Source: Candidatus Cloacimonadales bacterium (GTDB taxonomy: Bacteria > Cloacimonadota > Cloacimonadia > Cloacimonadales > JAFGVF01). From it: a stretch of DNA of 64,000 bases. The DNA lies in NCBI GenBank assembly GCA_963663475.2, contig CAXXJV010000001.1, forward strand, positions 128,001-192,000, written 5' to 3'. The position numbers were made by a program, and so were the translations under genes. Below the pieces are notes generated by a model. The model saw only the letters and a list, made by a program, of their open reading frames with translations. It was not told where the DNA came from and searched no databases. Of the stretch, positions 10,476 to 19,410 are shown piece after piece; within the stretch, counting starts at the first letter, position 1; each line of letters starts with the position of its first letter.

Positions 10476-10816
10476 TGACCACCTCCCTCTGCTTCTCTCT
10501 CATCTCTTCTTAACTCATCCTTCAAAGATAACTTGGCTAATTTAATTCCATAAAAATGACTTGCCCTAGCTATAACATTAGATGAAACAGGATTCGTGGC
10601 AATCACAAATAAAATAATAATTGCTATCTTTCCACACCAAGCTGAACCAAAATTAGCTAAGCCAATTCCAATTGAAAAAAGTATTGTTCCTAAGGTAGTT
10701 GCTTTAGTACCAGCCTGCATCCTATTATAGACATCAGGCATTCTCAATATTCCCAAAGCTCCTAAGAAAAGAAAAATTGAGCCACATAAACTTATAATAG
10801 CAAATAACATTTCCAT
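10472..10816 (-). CDS. mrpG: Na+/H+ antiporter subunit G
   Basis: GILRMPDVYNRMQAGTKATTLG. Confidence 0.9.
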   Translation of the reverse strand: MEMLFAIISLCGSIFLFLGALGILRMPDVYNRMQAGTKATTLGTILFSIGIGLANFGSAWCGKIAIIILFVIATNPVSSNVIARASHFYGIKLAKLSLKDELRRDEREAEGGGQ

Positions 10817-11076
10817 TATAACCCCCTCTCTAAATATCGAGCCAAGGCTATAACACCTATGAAACTTACTAGGCCATAAACAATAGCAACATCTAAATAG
10901 ATTATTCGTTGAGCAAAATGGGATATCAGTACTATTAAAGATATTGAAACTACAGTCATTGCATCTAAAGCAACAATCCTATCTGCCAAACTTGGGCCTT
11001 TGACTAATCTTATCAATATAATAAACAAACTTAAGATAATCAATCCAGCAGAAATTTGATAAATAATATTAACCAA
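10816..11076 (-). CDS. mrpF: Na+/H+ antiporter subunit F
   Basis: GPSLADRIVALD. Confidence 0.9.
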   Translation of the reverse strand: MVNIIYQISAGLIILSLFIILIRLVKGPSLADRIVALDAMTVVSISLIVLISHFAQRIIYLDVAIVYGLVSFIGVIALARYLERGL

Positions 11077-11563
11077 AAATCACCTCCAAATATTTCTCAA
11101 ATTTACTAACTATCGCCTCTGTACTAGCATTTATATCACTGACAGAAACATCAATCCAGTGTATGTAAAAATACTGGTCCCGCATCTCGACTGTTAATGT
11201 TCCAGGTGTTAATGTTATAGAATTTGCCAAAATAGCTCTTCCTAAAGGAGATTTAAGTTTTGTTTTAACCTTAACAATACCTGGATTTATGGGCAATTTT
11301 GGAGAGATTATCCTTCTAGCTACATCTAAATTTGACTTTATCAACTCCCAGCTAAAAACAAATATGTAGCCGATACTGTATAAAAGAGCTCGGATATTTA
11401 AATTGATATCTGCTAAAATTGTTAATCTTTCTAGGAATAATAATGAAATTATAAGACTTGCTAGACCACCGTAAACTAGCTCTTGCTTTGCAGTACCTGC
11501 TAGTAAAATCCAAGTAATGAACAATAATAAACTGGCAATAATAAACGACTTAGCTTTCTTCAT
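11069..11563 (-). CDS. mrpE: Na+/H+ antiporter subunit E
   Basis: LANSITLTPGTLT. Confidence 0.9.
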   Translation of the reverse strand: MKKAKSFIIASLLLFITWILLAGTAKQELVYGGLASLIISLLFLERLTILADINLNIRALLYSIGYIFVFSWELIKSNLDVARRIISPKLPINPGIVKVKTKLKSPLGRAILANSITLTPGTLTVEMRDQYFYIHWIDVSVSDINASTEAIVSKFEKYLEVIFG

Positions 11564-11573
11564 TGCGATTTCC

Positions 11574-12176
11574 TCACACTTGTTTTATAGAATCTATGAT
11601 CAATTTGAAAAGGTAATCATAACTATTCTCACCTTTGCTTCCTAATTCCGAAATAAAACTCTCTTCCTCTCCCCATAATGCCTTAGCTAAGACCTCTACC
11701 TCCACATCTTGCCTTACTGATCCATCCCTCTTACCTTCTTCTAAAAAACTAACAATCTCCAGATTAATCTCCTGGTTATAGTTTCTATTTAGATCAATTT
11801 CCTCTTCAATGGCTTGACACTGGCTTCTGTGGTACTTAAAAGTCTGAAATATCTTACGAAAATCTTCCTTTTTAGAAAACTCTTCTAAGAACCTCTCTTT
11901 AAATATAATCAGTTTTTGCAATCCATCACATCTTTTTTTTGAAACTTCTTTCGCTACTTGTGCAATATTTTTAAAATAATTGTTCACTATACAAAAACAG
12001 ACTTCATTCTTACTCTTAAAATATGAATAGATTGATCCCTTACTATATCCGACCTTCTTAGCTATCTCCATCATGGTAGTATTCTCAAAACCCTTTGTGA
12101 AAAATATCTCTTCAGCAGCTTCCACAATTAAATTCTTCTTGAATTCATACTCTTGTTGTTTTCTGTTAATAATCAA
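11574..12176 (-). CDS. TetR/AcrR family regulator
   Basis: GFENTTMMEIAKKVGYSKGSIYSYFKSK HTH; TTG start preceded by AGGGAG. Confidence 0.9.
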   Translation of the reverse strand: MIINRKQQEYEFKKNLIVEAAEEIFFTKGFENTTMMEIAKKVGYSKGSIYSYFKSKNEVCFCIVNNYFKNIAQVAKEVSKKRCDGLQKLIIFKERFLEEFSKKEDFRKIFQTFKYHRSQCQAIEEEIDLNRNYNQEINLEIVSFLEEGKRDGSVRQDVEVEVLAKALWGEEESFISELGSKGENSYDYLFKLIIDSIKQV

Positions 12177-12255
12177 GTCTTACTCCCTTTTTTCCCCAAG
12201 TAGTACAGTATTTGCCTTTATCTGCCTAAAAAACTTCTTTAGTCCCAATGGTGCA

Positions 12256-12436
12256 GTAGTACCTTGATAATACTTGGCTAAAGCTATGTATCACAGGTGA
12301 AGAGAACTAGATTCTTTTAGCAAATAAGTTACAGAATTTGAAGGCATATAATATATAAATTCCTGAAAATTATGTACTTACTTTTGTAAAATAAGATTCT
12401 ACTATTCTCAAAGATCTACTGCATTATTAGGTTAAA
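12256..12436. repeat. Non-coding element, copy 1 (paralogous to 51576-51760)
   Basis: Colinear similarity over ~180 bp including GTATCACAGGTGAAGAG and ACTGCATTATT.GGTTAAA. Confidence 0.75.
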
Positions 12437-12477
12437 TCCTACTAGGTGAAATATTAGTATCATACTAAACAGAATTC

Positions 12478-12506
12478 ATTTTATTGACCAAGAGTCAATC
12501 TGTCAA
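12478..12506 (-). promoter_or_regulatory. Sigma70 promoter of the tetR-mbx operon with overlapping palindromic operator
   Basis: TTGACA-N17-TAAAAT on the minus strand; the spacer holds the dyad ATTGACCAAGAGTCAAT. Confidence 0.75.
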
Positions 12507-12572
12507 TATTTGTTTTATTTTTTTTATTAAGGGTTTAAATTTCATGATGAATTTGAGCTTTAGTGAAGTAAT

Positions 12573-12734
12573 ATCCGCAAAAATAAAAGAGAAAATCCGC
12601 AAGAAAAAAAGAGAAAAGTAGTTAAATCCTATTCTAATAGTCCGCAAGAATAAATGAGAAATTGTATAAAATGAATGTAAAAAAATAAAAGTCTGCAAAA
12701 AAAGAAGAGAAATTTCTCATTTAATTTTGCAGAC
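12573..12734 (+). repeat. Left-end putative transposase-binding sites (5 x 22 bp)
   Basis: RTCYGCAARAAWARAWGAGAAA-like copies at 12573, 12595, 12640 and 12691, and an inverted copy at 12713. Confidence 0.8.
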
Positions 12735-12747
12735 TTTTAATAAAATA

Positions 12748-13485
12748 TTATAATGGATCTTCAGGTCCTGAAGCATCAATTCTCTTAAACCATACAATAA
12801 TTTTATAGGTAGAACCAACCGTTAAACCACCTATATTAATCTTATCCAAATGCTCTTTAGTAATACCAGCATAGTCTTCTATTTTCTTATATATCTTAGT
12901 AGTGATGGTGTTTTCCTGAACATAGAAGTCACCTTCATCTTTAAGAATTTGGATTGCTAAGCCAGTGGATACAGATCCTCGTAAATCTGAGCGAAGATAA
13001 GCAAAATTCTTTAATACGCTTTCATTAATATCAACAGAAGTATTATCTGCTACATATCTCAAATCATACATATAAGGCATTCTTCCAAATATCAAATCCA
13101 ATAACTGATAAACATTACTTCCATATGATAGACCCCATTGACCATAACTACATAATATTGAATTAGCCGAGTGTCCTCCAGTAAATAAATGATCACTCAA
13201 ATCCTTCAAATTCCTAGTAAATTCACCAGGGTTAGTAGTCCCGACAATAGCTAATAACAGACTTTCCAAACTACCATTTACCAATGCATCAGCAGTTTGA
13301 GAATCTATCTGTTCTGCAGTATGCTTACTTGGAGTACCAGATAAATGCTCACTTAAAGCATCTCCAATCCCTTCATTAGCTTTCATTTTAGAATCAATCG
13401 CATCAAAGTTTCCGTTCACATCATTAGCCCATCCAGAAGAGCCTTCAGCAGGCTTTTTTAAGCCATAATTAGTTGTCTCAGTCAT
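12748..13485 (-). CDS. Putative tail fibre/receptor-binding protein
   Basis: N-terminal TTNYGLKKP...NGNFDAID, typical of tail-fibre attachment segments; last gene of the tail module. Confidence 0.55.
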   Translation of the reverse strand: MTETTNYGLKKPAEGSSGWANDVNGNFDAIDSKMKANEGIGDALSEHLSGTPSKHTAEQIDSQTADALVNGSLESLLLAIVGTTNPGEFTRNLKDLSDHLFTGGHSANSILCSYGQWGLSYGSNVYQLLDLIFGRMPYMYDLRYVADNTSVDINESVLKNFAYLRSDLRGSVSTGLAIQILKDEGDFYVQENTITTKIYKKIEDYAGITKEHLDKINIGGLTVGSTYKIIVWFKRIDASGPEDPL

Positions 13486-13497
13486 ATTATCCTCCTT

Positions 13498-13941
13498 TTA
13501 GAATCCCCAGCTTAAACCCCATGAATTACCCCACCCAGGAGCCTCATCATAGTTAATAGGAGATAGTTCTTTATATATTGCTTTTAATTCAATTCTTGTT
13601 ACTTCAGTAAAGTATCTTAAGTCATCAACTTGACTAGGGTATTTCTCTATAATCACAGGGAATTGCTTCTTACCAGTCTCATCATAATATTCTATATACA
13701 GTTTCCCTTCTTCCATTAGGTAGTCCTTAAGCTCGTTATATTGATCAGTATTTAGAATAGCATCAACTTTAAAGCTATCTTCATAATAAGGCTCTCTCCT
13801 AATCATTATTGTAGGATCATAGGCATTAGTCTTATCAATTAAGTACTTCTTATGGGGAGAATAATCTACTTCAGCATGTTCTAAGGTAAGCATTGAAACA
13901 CTGGAAGCTATTCTGATAAATCTTACTTCTTTATTATACAT
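13498..13941 (-). CDS. Phage tail module protein
   Basis: Position after the tape measure; coupled reading frames. Confidence 0.5.
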   Translation of the reverse strand: MYNKEVRFIRIASSVSMLTLEHAEVDYSPHKKYLIDKTNAYDPTIMIRREPYYEDSFKVDAILNTDQYNELKDYLMEEGKLYIEYYDETGKKQFPVIIEKYPSQVDDLRYFTEVTRIELKAIYKELSPINYDEAPGWGNSWGLSWGF

Positions 13942-15328
13942 TAGTCCTCCATGCTATTGCCTGGTATTCATCTTTGACATAATCTCTTTTAAGCTCTGTA
14001 AGGAATAACTGTTCTTCCTTAACTCTTATTATATCAAAGACAGACAGGTTATTCTTGTTTATATCATCTATTTTAAGCTTATATTTGATTGCTTTATTAG
14101 CAATTGAAGTATAATAGTCAGTTAAGAGAATTTTTAAAGGTTCAGCAGAGTTGTAAAGAGCATCTAAACAGCTAAAATCTGGTACTATCTGCTTAAAATT
14201 TCTAATCTCCTCACATTCAGTTACATCACTTGTTAGATCTCCATGATCAGTATTACCCCAGTGGTTCCTGACTATCCTTAAGAAGCCATCAGCCTCTCTT
14301 TTGATAATAGTGAAGTTATGAATTACCAGGAAGCATTTTAAGGCAGTAAGATACTTTCTATTATCAGATTTTAGGATTAAAGAAGTTGGAAATACCTTGC
14401 CTGAAATTGTAAGAGTTCTGTTATCAGAAGCAACCTTATAAGTTGTTCCGTATATCTCAAGGAAGGAATACTCTCTCCTGCCAATCCAAGAAGTGTCTTC
14501 ATAGTGTTCAGGATAATCTTCTTTAGCTGTTTCAATAGCGTTTCTAGCACTATCAAGAGAAGAATAAACTCCAATCTTCTCACTCTGGATATCCATATCA
14601 ATACAGACTTTATTTGATATTTCAGCAACAAAACTCCTCATTAATAAAGTATAGTCGTTATCTCCTTGATTAAGTACATCTCTTTCTGTGATAACCCAAT
14701 CAATCCTCCTAAACTTAATTATTATAGCATCATTGTGAAAAGGAAGAGTATAGCTGTCATAACCAATATCTGAAGTCCTTTCTAAGCAGGCAGTCTCATA
14801 AAAGGAGGCTATCTCATAGAAAGGATAATCAGTCAGCTCAGTATTATTATAGATAATGTTTTTATCTAGGAAGTTAGAAGTTCTGTTATACCTTTCAGCT
14901 ACCTTCTGACTTATCCCACTCATGATAAGATCTAAAGTCCTATTAGCAGGGAAGTAAGTAGTGTCCTTTTCTAAACTCAGCAAATATGAATAGGAATAAG
15001 CCTTAAATTTAAGCACTTTATCAGGATGTTTAAATCCAAGTCCCTCTAAAAGCACAGCACCTCTAAAATCAAGGATATTACCCCTATAAACCTTAATATC
15101 ATAGCTACTAATAGCATTTCTAACTTCAAGTCCATTAACCAAGTTAGCCTTAAGCCAATCATCCAGAATAATCTCAATTTCAACTCTATCAGGTTCCTGG
15201 TCAAAGTTGTTATTGATAGCTACCTTCTGAGGAGAGTATTCTATATTAACAAGTCCTGTATTGAAGTTATAAACTACAGGATTAAAGCCAAATTCAGCAG
15301 AAACAAACTCTACTCTATAATCTACCAT
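13934..15328 (-). CDS. Putative tail tip/hub protein
   Basis: Directly downstream of the tape measure; 464 aa. Confidence 0.5.
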   Translation of the reverse strand: MVDYRVEFVSAEFGFNPVVYNFNTGLVNIEYSPQKVAINNNFDQEPDRVEIEIILDDWLKANLVNGLEVRNAISSYDIKVYRGNILDFRGAVLLEGLGFKHPDKVLKFKAYSYSYLLSLEKDTTYFPANRTLDLIMSGISQKVAERYNRTSNFLDKNIIYNNTELTDYPFYEIASFYETACLERTSDIGYDSYTLPFHNDAIIIKFRRIDWVITERDVLNQGDNDYTLLMRSFVAEISNKVCIDMDIQSEKIGVYSSLDSARNAIETAKEDYPEHYEDTSWIGRREYSFLEIYGTTYKVASDNRTLTISGKVFPTSLILKSDNRKYLTALKCFLVIHNFTIIKREADGFLRIVRNHWGNTDHGDLTSDVTECEEIRNFKQIVPDFSCLDALYNSAEPLKILLTDYYTSIANKAIKYKLKIDDINKNNLSVFDIIRVKEEQLFLTELKRDYVKDEYQAIAWRTNV

Positions 15329-18249
15329 CTGCTCCTCACAATACTTCCTTCTTCATTCTTTTCATTAAATTTAGCACTATCAGCCTTATCAATTACTTCA
15401 TTGGCAGAGATGTAGTTATTTACAGTCATATTCTTTTCTCTAAATTCTTGTCTTAAAGATCTGATTTCAGTGATTAGATCATTAATGAAAGAATTGTTTG
15501 AAGATACTAAACCACCAGAAGCGTATGCTACTTTAGGAACAGCAGGGATATTCATCGTTGGTAATTGTATTCCAGTTAAAGCCTCTTTAACCTTATTAAT
15601 TGGTGCATTATTCAAGAATTCAAAGAATGGCACACCAAGTTCTCTAACTCTCTGCTTTCTAGTAATAAACTCATCCCCTTCAGCTTCAATCAAAATACCT
15701 CCCTTAGCATGTGAAGGTCCTGCAAGCAAACCTGCTAGACCACCCTTTTCTGCCTTAGGAATATATTTTGTGTTTTTAATTTTGCTAATTTCTGCAGCTA
15801 CTAGAGCTCCCTGAGTGGCTGCAACAATCATATTGAATGGGAAAGGATAATCTTTAAATGCTCTAGCTGCAGCCTCGAAACCACTTATTGTTGCTTGTGC
15901 TATTGATAAGCCTTTACCAATTGAAAATAGTGATTTAGATTGACCTTGATAAGCATTCATCAGCTTTGCACCTATTGCTACAGAGCTTTGGAGTTGTTGA
16001 ACTCTTACAGCAAGGATAGCTTTACTTTTGGCTTCTTCAATTTCAACTTCTGTTTTACCTGATTCAATAAGCCAATCATGATTTAAGTCATAATACTTTT
16101 TGATTTTCTTTATCTTATCCTCAAGCCCATCATCTTCTTCATCGAATTTTGATAGAGCTTCTTCAGAAGACAACTGATTAATTTTATCTCTATACTTCTC
16201 ATATTCATCACTATCTTCTTTATATAGTCTTTTAAGCTCAGCCATTAAGTTTTCATATTGATTTAAGAGCTTTGAGTTTGAATCTGAATCTAAAGCATTA
16301 ATTCTAGAAATAAAGTTCCCTTTCTCCTGAATCATCCTCATCTGGCTTGCTTTCTGAATGCTTTCTAATTCATCTCTTGTAGTTTGATACTCCTGGCTTT
16401 CTTCTCCATAAGCTTCTTTTACTTCTTTAAGGTAGTTAGCAAAGTCAGCTTTCATTTTATCATAGCTTATAGCTGATAATTGCTGAAGGTTAGCATAATA
16501 TTGAACCATCTCTAACTTCTTAGTATTGAGAGAATCAAGCAAAGCTTGCTTAGACTTTTCTTCCTCTATGCTTTCTGCAACTTGTGCCTCTGATTTGATT
16601 CGCTTTTCTTCATCAGCAATTTGTTTTTTATATACTAACATCTGTCTGTCTAAATCTAATTTAGCTTCAGCATTTTCAGCATCAAGCTTTCCAAGAGCAT
16701 CATATTCAGATTGTAGCTGACTTATCTTATACTGGTAGAGTTCTATACCTGAAAGACTTGCCTCATACTGCAGACGTTCCTTCTTAGCAAAATAATCTCT
16801 TGTAGCTTGAACATCAGCATCTCTTATCTTTTGTTTTAATACCGCTTCTTTGGCTTCCAGTTCATTCAGTTTATTGTAGAATTCATCAGCATCATCATTA
16901 GGAAAGTATATTATATCACTATCTCTATCAGCTCCTACCGAAGCATAAAGCTTATCTATAGATTCACTAATATCTTGCAAATCTTTCTTAGCTGTTGCAT
17001 AATCTAATGTATCGGCATAAGCTCTAGCCTCTTTTGTAAGTCTTTTAAACCTCTCTTCTTGATTCTCTATACCTCTGTTAGACTCATCAATAGCTTCATT
17101 AAAATTAGTCTGTTTTTCTTCAGCAAATACTACTGAAGAGGCATAAAGTCCTACACCAATTGCAGCAGCTGCTACAAGTGAAACCCAATTACCAGTTAAA
17201 GCAACCCCAACAGCCTTAGCTGCATTTAGGGCTATTTGTTTTGTTGTAAGATATGCTATCCTAACAGCAAGTACGCCTAATACAGATATTAACACTTTTA
17301 CAAGACCTGGGTAATCATTCAAGAAGCTAACGACTTTAGTAAGGACCTTTATTAAAGGAGTTAGAGCTTGATTTATAAAATCACCAACTTTCTCTCTCAG
17401 ATCACCTACTAAGTTTTGATATTGAACCATTGCACCTGAACCGCTTTCTGTCTCTGCTTTAGATAACTCGAAACCATCGGCCATAGCTTTTTGTAATATA
17501 GCCATCTTCTCAGTTTCATCTTTAGCACTCTGCAATGCAGGGATATATCTCTGGAGTTGAGTAAACTCACCTTCATAAGCAAGAGCTATTCCTTTCATGG
17601 CAGTCTCTCTGCTAAGTCCTGCAGATGCAAAAGCTGTAGCCAACCCTATTGAACCTTGTAAAGCTTCTTCCATCTTATCTGTAGCAAGCCCCATATTAGT
17701 TGCAAGAGTAAGAAGTTGCATACTTTCCTCATCACCTACAGTAGTTAGCTTTTGAGTCTCACTAGCTAATTTCATAACTAAATCAACATTCTTTTCAGTA
17801 GCAGTACCTTTAACTCTCATAGCATTTATAATGTCTAACTCTGCCTTTTCTTGAGTATAAGAAGCACTCACATACCCACCTAATGCGGATTTGACTTTAC
17901 CGTACAGCATTGATAATCCACCTAATGCTAAAGTTATCTGGCTCATAGTCTGAATAAGTGGCTGACCATCGCCCACAAACTTGGTCTCTTTTTCATCAGG
18001 TACTTCTGCAATAGCACCTTGAGCATCTGAAGAAGATGCAACTACTCCTGAAGCATCACCGTCAACACTAACAGTCTTACCATCAAGATCGTCAAGATTG
18101 CTTTCAGCCTCACTTACATCAATATCCAGCTTAACATTATTACCCAATGACTTTTGAACATCACTTATCTCACTTTGTATTACAGAGATAGCTCTACGAG
18201 CCTTATCTATATCAATCATCAAACTGAATTTTAAATTACTATTTGACAT
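15322..18249 (-). CDS. Tail tape measure protein
   Basis: 975 aa, helical/coiled-coil with a hydrophobic mid-segment; C-terminal GPSHAKGG..IEAEGDEF and YASGG. Confidence 0.85.
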   Translation of the reverse strand: MSNSNLKFSLMIDIDKARRAISVIQSEISDVQKSLGNNVKLDIDVSEAESNLDDLDGKTVSVDGDASGVVASSSDAQGAIAEVPDEKETKFVGDGQPLIQTMSQITLALGGLSMLYGKVKSALGGYVSASYTQEKAELDIINAMRVKGTATEKNVDLVMKLASETQKLTTVGDEESMQLLTLATNMGLATDKMEEALQGSIGLATAFASAGLSRETAMKGIALAYEGEFTQLQRYIPALQSAKDETEKMAILQKAMADGFELSKAETESGSGAMVQYQNLVGDLREKVGDFINQALTPLIKVLTKVVSFLNDYPGLVKVLISVLGVLAVRIAYLTTKQIALNAAKAVGVALTGNWVSLVAAAAIGVGLYASSVVFAEEKQTNFNEAIDESNRGIENQEERFKRLTKEARAYADTLDYATAKKDLQDISESIDKLYASVGADRDSDIIYFPNDDADEFYNKLNELEAKEAVLKQKIRDADVQATRDYFAKKERLQYEASLSGIELYQYKISQLQSEYDALGKLDAENAEAKLDLDRQMLVYKKQIADEEKRIKSEAQVAESIEEEKSKQALLDSLNTKKLEMVQYYANLQQLSAISYDKMKADFANYLKEVKEAYGEESQEYQTTRDELESIQKASQMRMIQEKGNFISRINALDSDSNSKLLNQYENLMAELKRLYKEDSDEYEKYRDKINQLSSEEALSKFDEEDDGLEDKIKKIKKYYDLNHDWLIESGKTEVEIEEAKSKAILAVRVQQLQSSVAIGAKLMNAYQGQSKSLFSIGKGLSIAQATISGFEAAARAFKDYPFPFNMIVAATQGALVAAEISKIKNTKYIPKAEKGGLAGLLAGPSHAKGGILIEAEGDEFITRKQRVRELGVPFFEFLNNAPINKVKEALTGIQLPTMNIPAVPKVAYASGGLVSSNNSFINDLITEIRSLRQEFREKNMTVNNYISANEVIDKADSAKFNEKNEEGSIVRSRW

Positions 18250-18290
18250 TTCTTACCTTCTTCTTATTTTTTCTATGTGAGGTGAATATT

Positions 18291-18494
18291 ATGACTTTTA
18301 ATGAAGTTTTGTCTGTTATTGTGCCAATTATAGCACTTTTCATTATTATATTTATCCCTGCTAAATGGGGTAAACCAATTACCTGGCTTCAAGATTTGGG
18401 AAGATATCCTCAATCTAAAAAGAAAGCTGAGAATATAACTAAAACAAAGACCTATCATATCAACATATCTCTTGATGAATCTCATCAAAAATAA
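18291..18494 (+). CDS. Small membrane protein, antisense to the tail operon (moron-like)
   Basis: GAGGTG RBS then ATG at 18291; MTFNEVLSVIVPIIALFIIIFIPAKW; reads on the + strand although the ORF track labels it -. Confidence 0.6.
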   Translation: MTFNEVLSVIVPIIALFIIIFIPAKWGKPITWLQDLGRYPQSKKKAENITKTKTYHINISLDESHQK

Positions 18495-18599
18495 CTTCCT
18501 ACTTGCTTTCATCTCTATATTTACTCAACAGATAAACAGCTTCATCAAGCTCAATATCATCATACCACAAACCCAATCTTTTAAGCATATAGATATAGT

Positions 18600-18920
18600 C
18601 TAAGAAGACATTCCCTGTGTTTTTTTTAGAATCCCCATTTTTTTGATTACTGATTCTGGTAAGAACTTGATGATACCTGTAAAAAAATCTGATACAAGTT
18701 GTTGCACCTCCTCAGGCTCCATTTCTCCAAAATCAACATCATTGTTTCTGGTAATTGTTTGTAAGAATTCAATAGCTTTTCCACCTGTTAGCAAATCATT
18801 TAACAGTTCATCTAAGTTCTTATTGGCTTTAGCTTCTCCATCAAGGACACCATTCAAACCTACTTCATCTAACAATCTCTTTACCTTAACCAAAGTATTA
18901 ATATTTGTATATACCTTCAT
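18600..18920 (-). CDS. Tail assembly chaperone (gpG-like), with a -1 frameshift extension to 18499
   Basis: Upstream of the tape measure; A AAA AAA slippery run near the 3' end; open -1 frame NTGNVFLDYIYMLKRLGLWYDD...ESK*. Confidence 0.7.
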   Translation of the reverse strand: MKVYTNINTLVKVKRLLDEVGLNGVLDGEAKANKNLDELLNDLLTGGKAIEFLQTITRNNDVDFGEMEPEEVQQLVSDFFTGIIKFLPESVIKKMGILKKTQGMSS

Positions 18921-19366
18921 CTTATCTCCTTATATTCTCCACTTTTCATCATCTCAGATAGTTCTTTAGCTCTATAACCTACCTGCACAGCCCATTTTGA
19001 TCTAAGCATCTCTTTACTAGCTTCATCAAAGTCTTCAGACTCTATCAAAGCAATTGTCTTCTTAAATGCTCCAAATCTTGGTATTCCTAAGTTAAAAGCC
19101 ATATCAATAACAACAGCCTTTCTAACAGCATTAAGTTTCTCAAACCAGTCATATCTTGCTTTAAGAACTTTAATCACACTATCAATATCATGCTCTAACA
19201 TTAGATAAGCTTCTTCTTCACTTATCCCATTATCCTGTAGATTGCGACCAACCCCAATAGTTAGCTTGCCTGCAGTACAGCGGTAAGGCTTAAGTTTTAG
19301 CCCTTCATGCTTTACTAACATCTTTCTAACTAATTCTTTATATTCAGCTTTAATGTGTCTCATCAT
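18917..19366 (-). CDS. Phage lysozyme (T4-lysozyme-like/GH24 endolysin)
   Basis: HEGLKLKPYRCTAGKLTIGVGRNL, DMAFNLG and SKWAVQVG.RA. Confidence 0.9.
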   Translation of the reverse strand: MMRHIKAEYKELVRKMLVKHEGLKLKPYRCTAGKLTIGVGRNLQDNGISEEEAYLMLEHDIDSVIKVLKARYDWFEKLNAVRKAVVIDMAFNLGIPRFGAFKKTIALIESEDFDEASKEMLRSKWAVQVGYRAKELSEMMKSGEYKEIR

Positions 19367-19410
19367 TGCTTTCTCCTTAAGAGATGAAGCAGACCGCAGT
19401 CTGCCTTTGT

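Noticed and set aside
12495-12698. 67-aa ORF at the left prophage end
   Set aside because: It spans the host-phage junction and the end-site array
12748-15328. Diversity-generating retroelement or invertible tail segment
   Set aside because: No reverse transcriptase, template/variable repeat pair or invertase seen
18243-18512. ORF-track minus-strand calls at 18243-18494 and 18273-18512
   Set aside because: The first translation actually reads from the + strand; the second is a shadow ORF without an RBS
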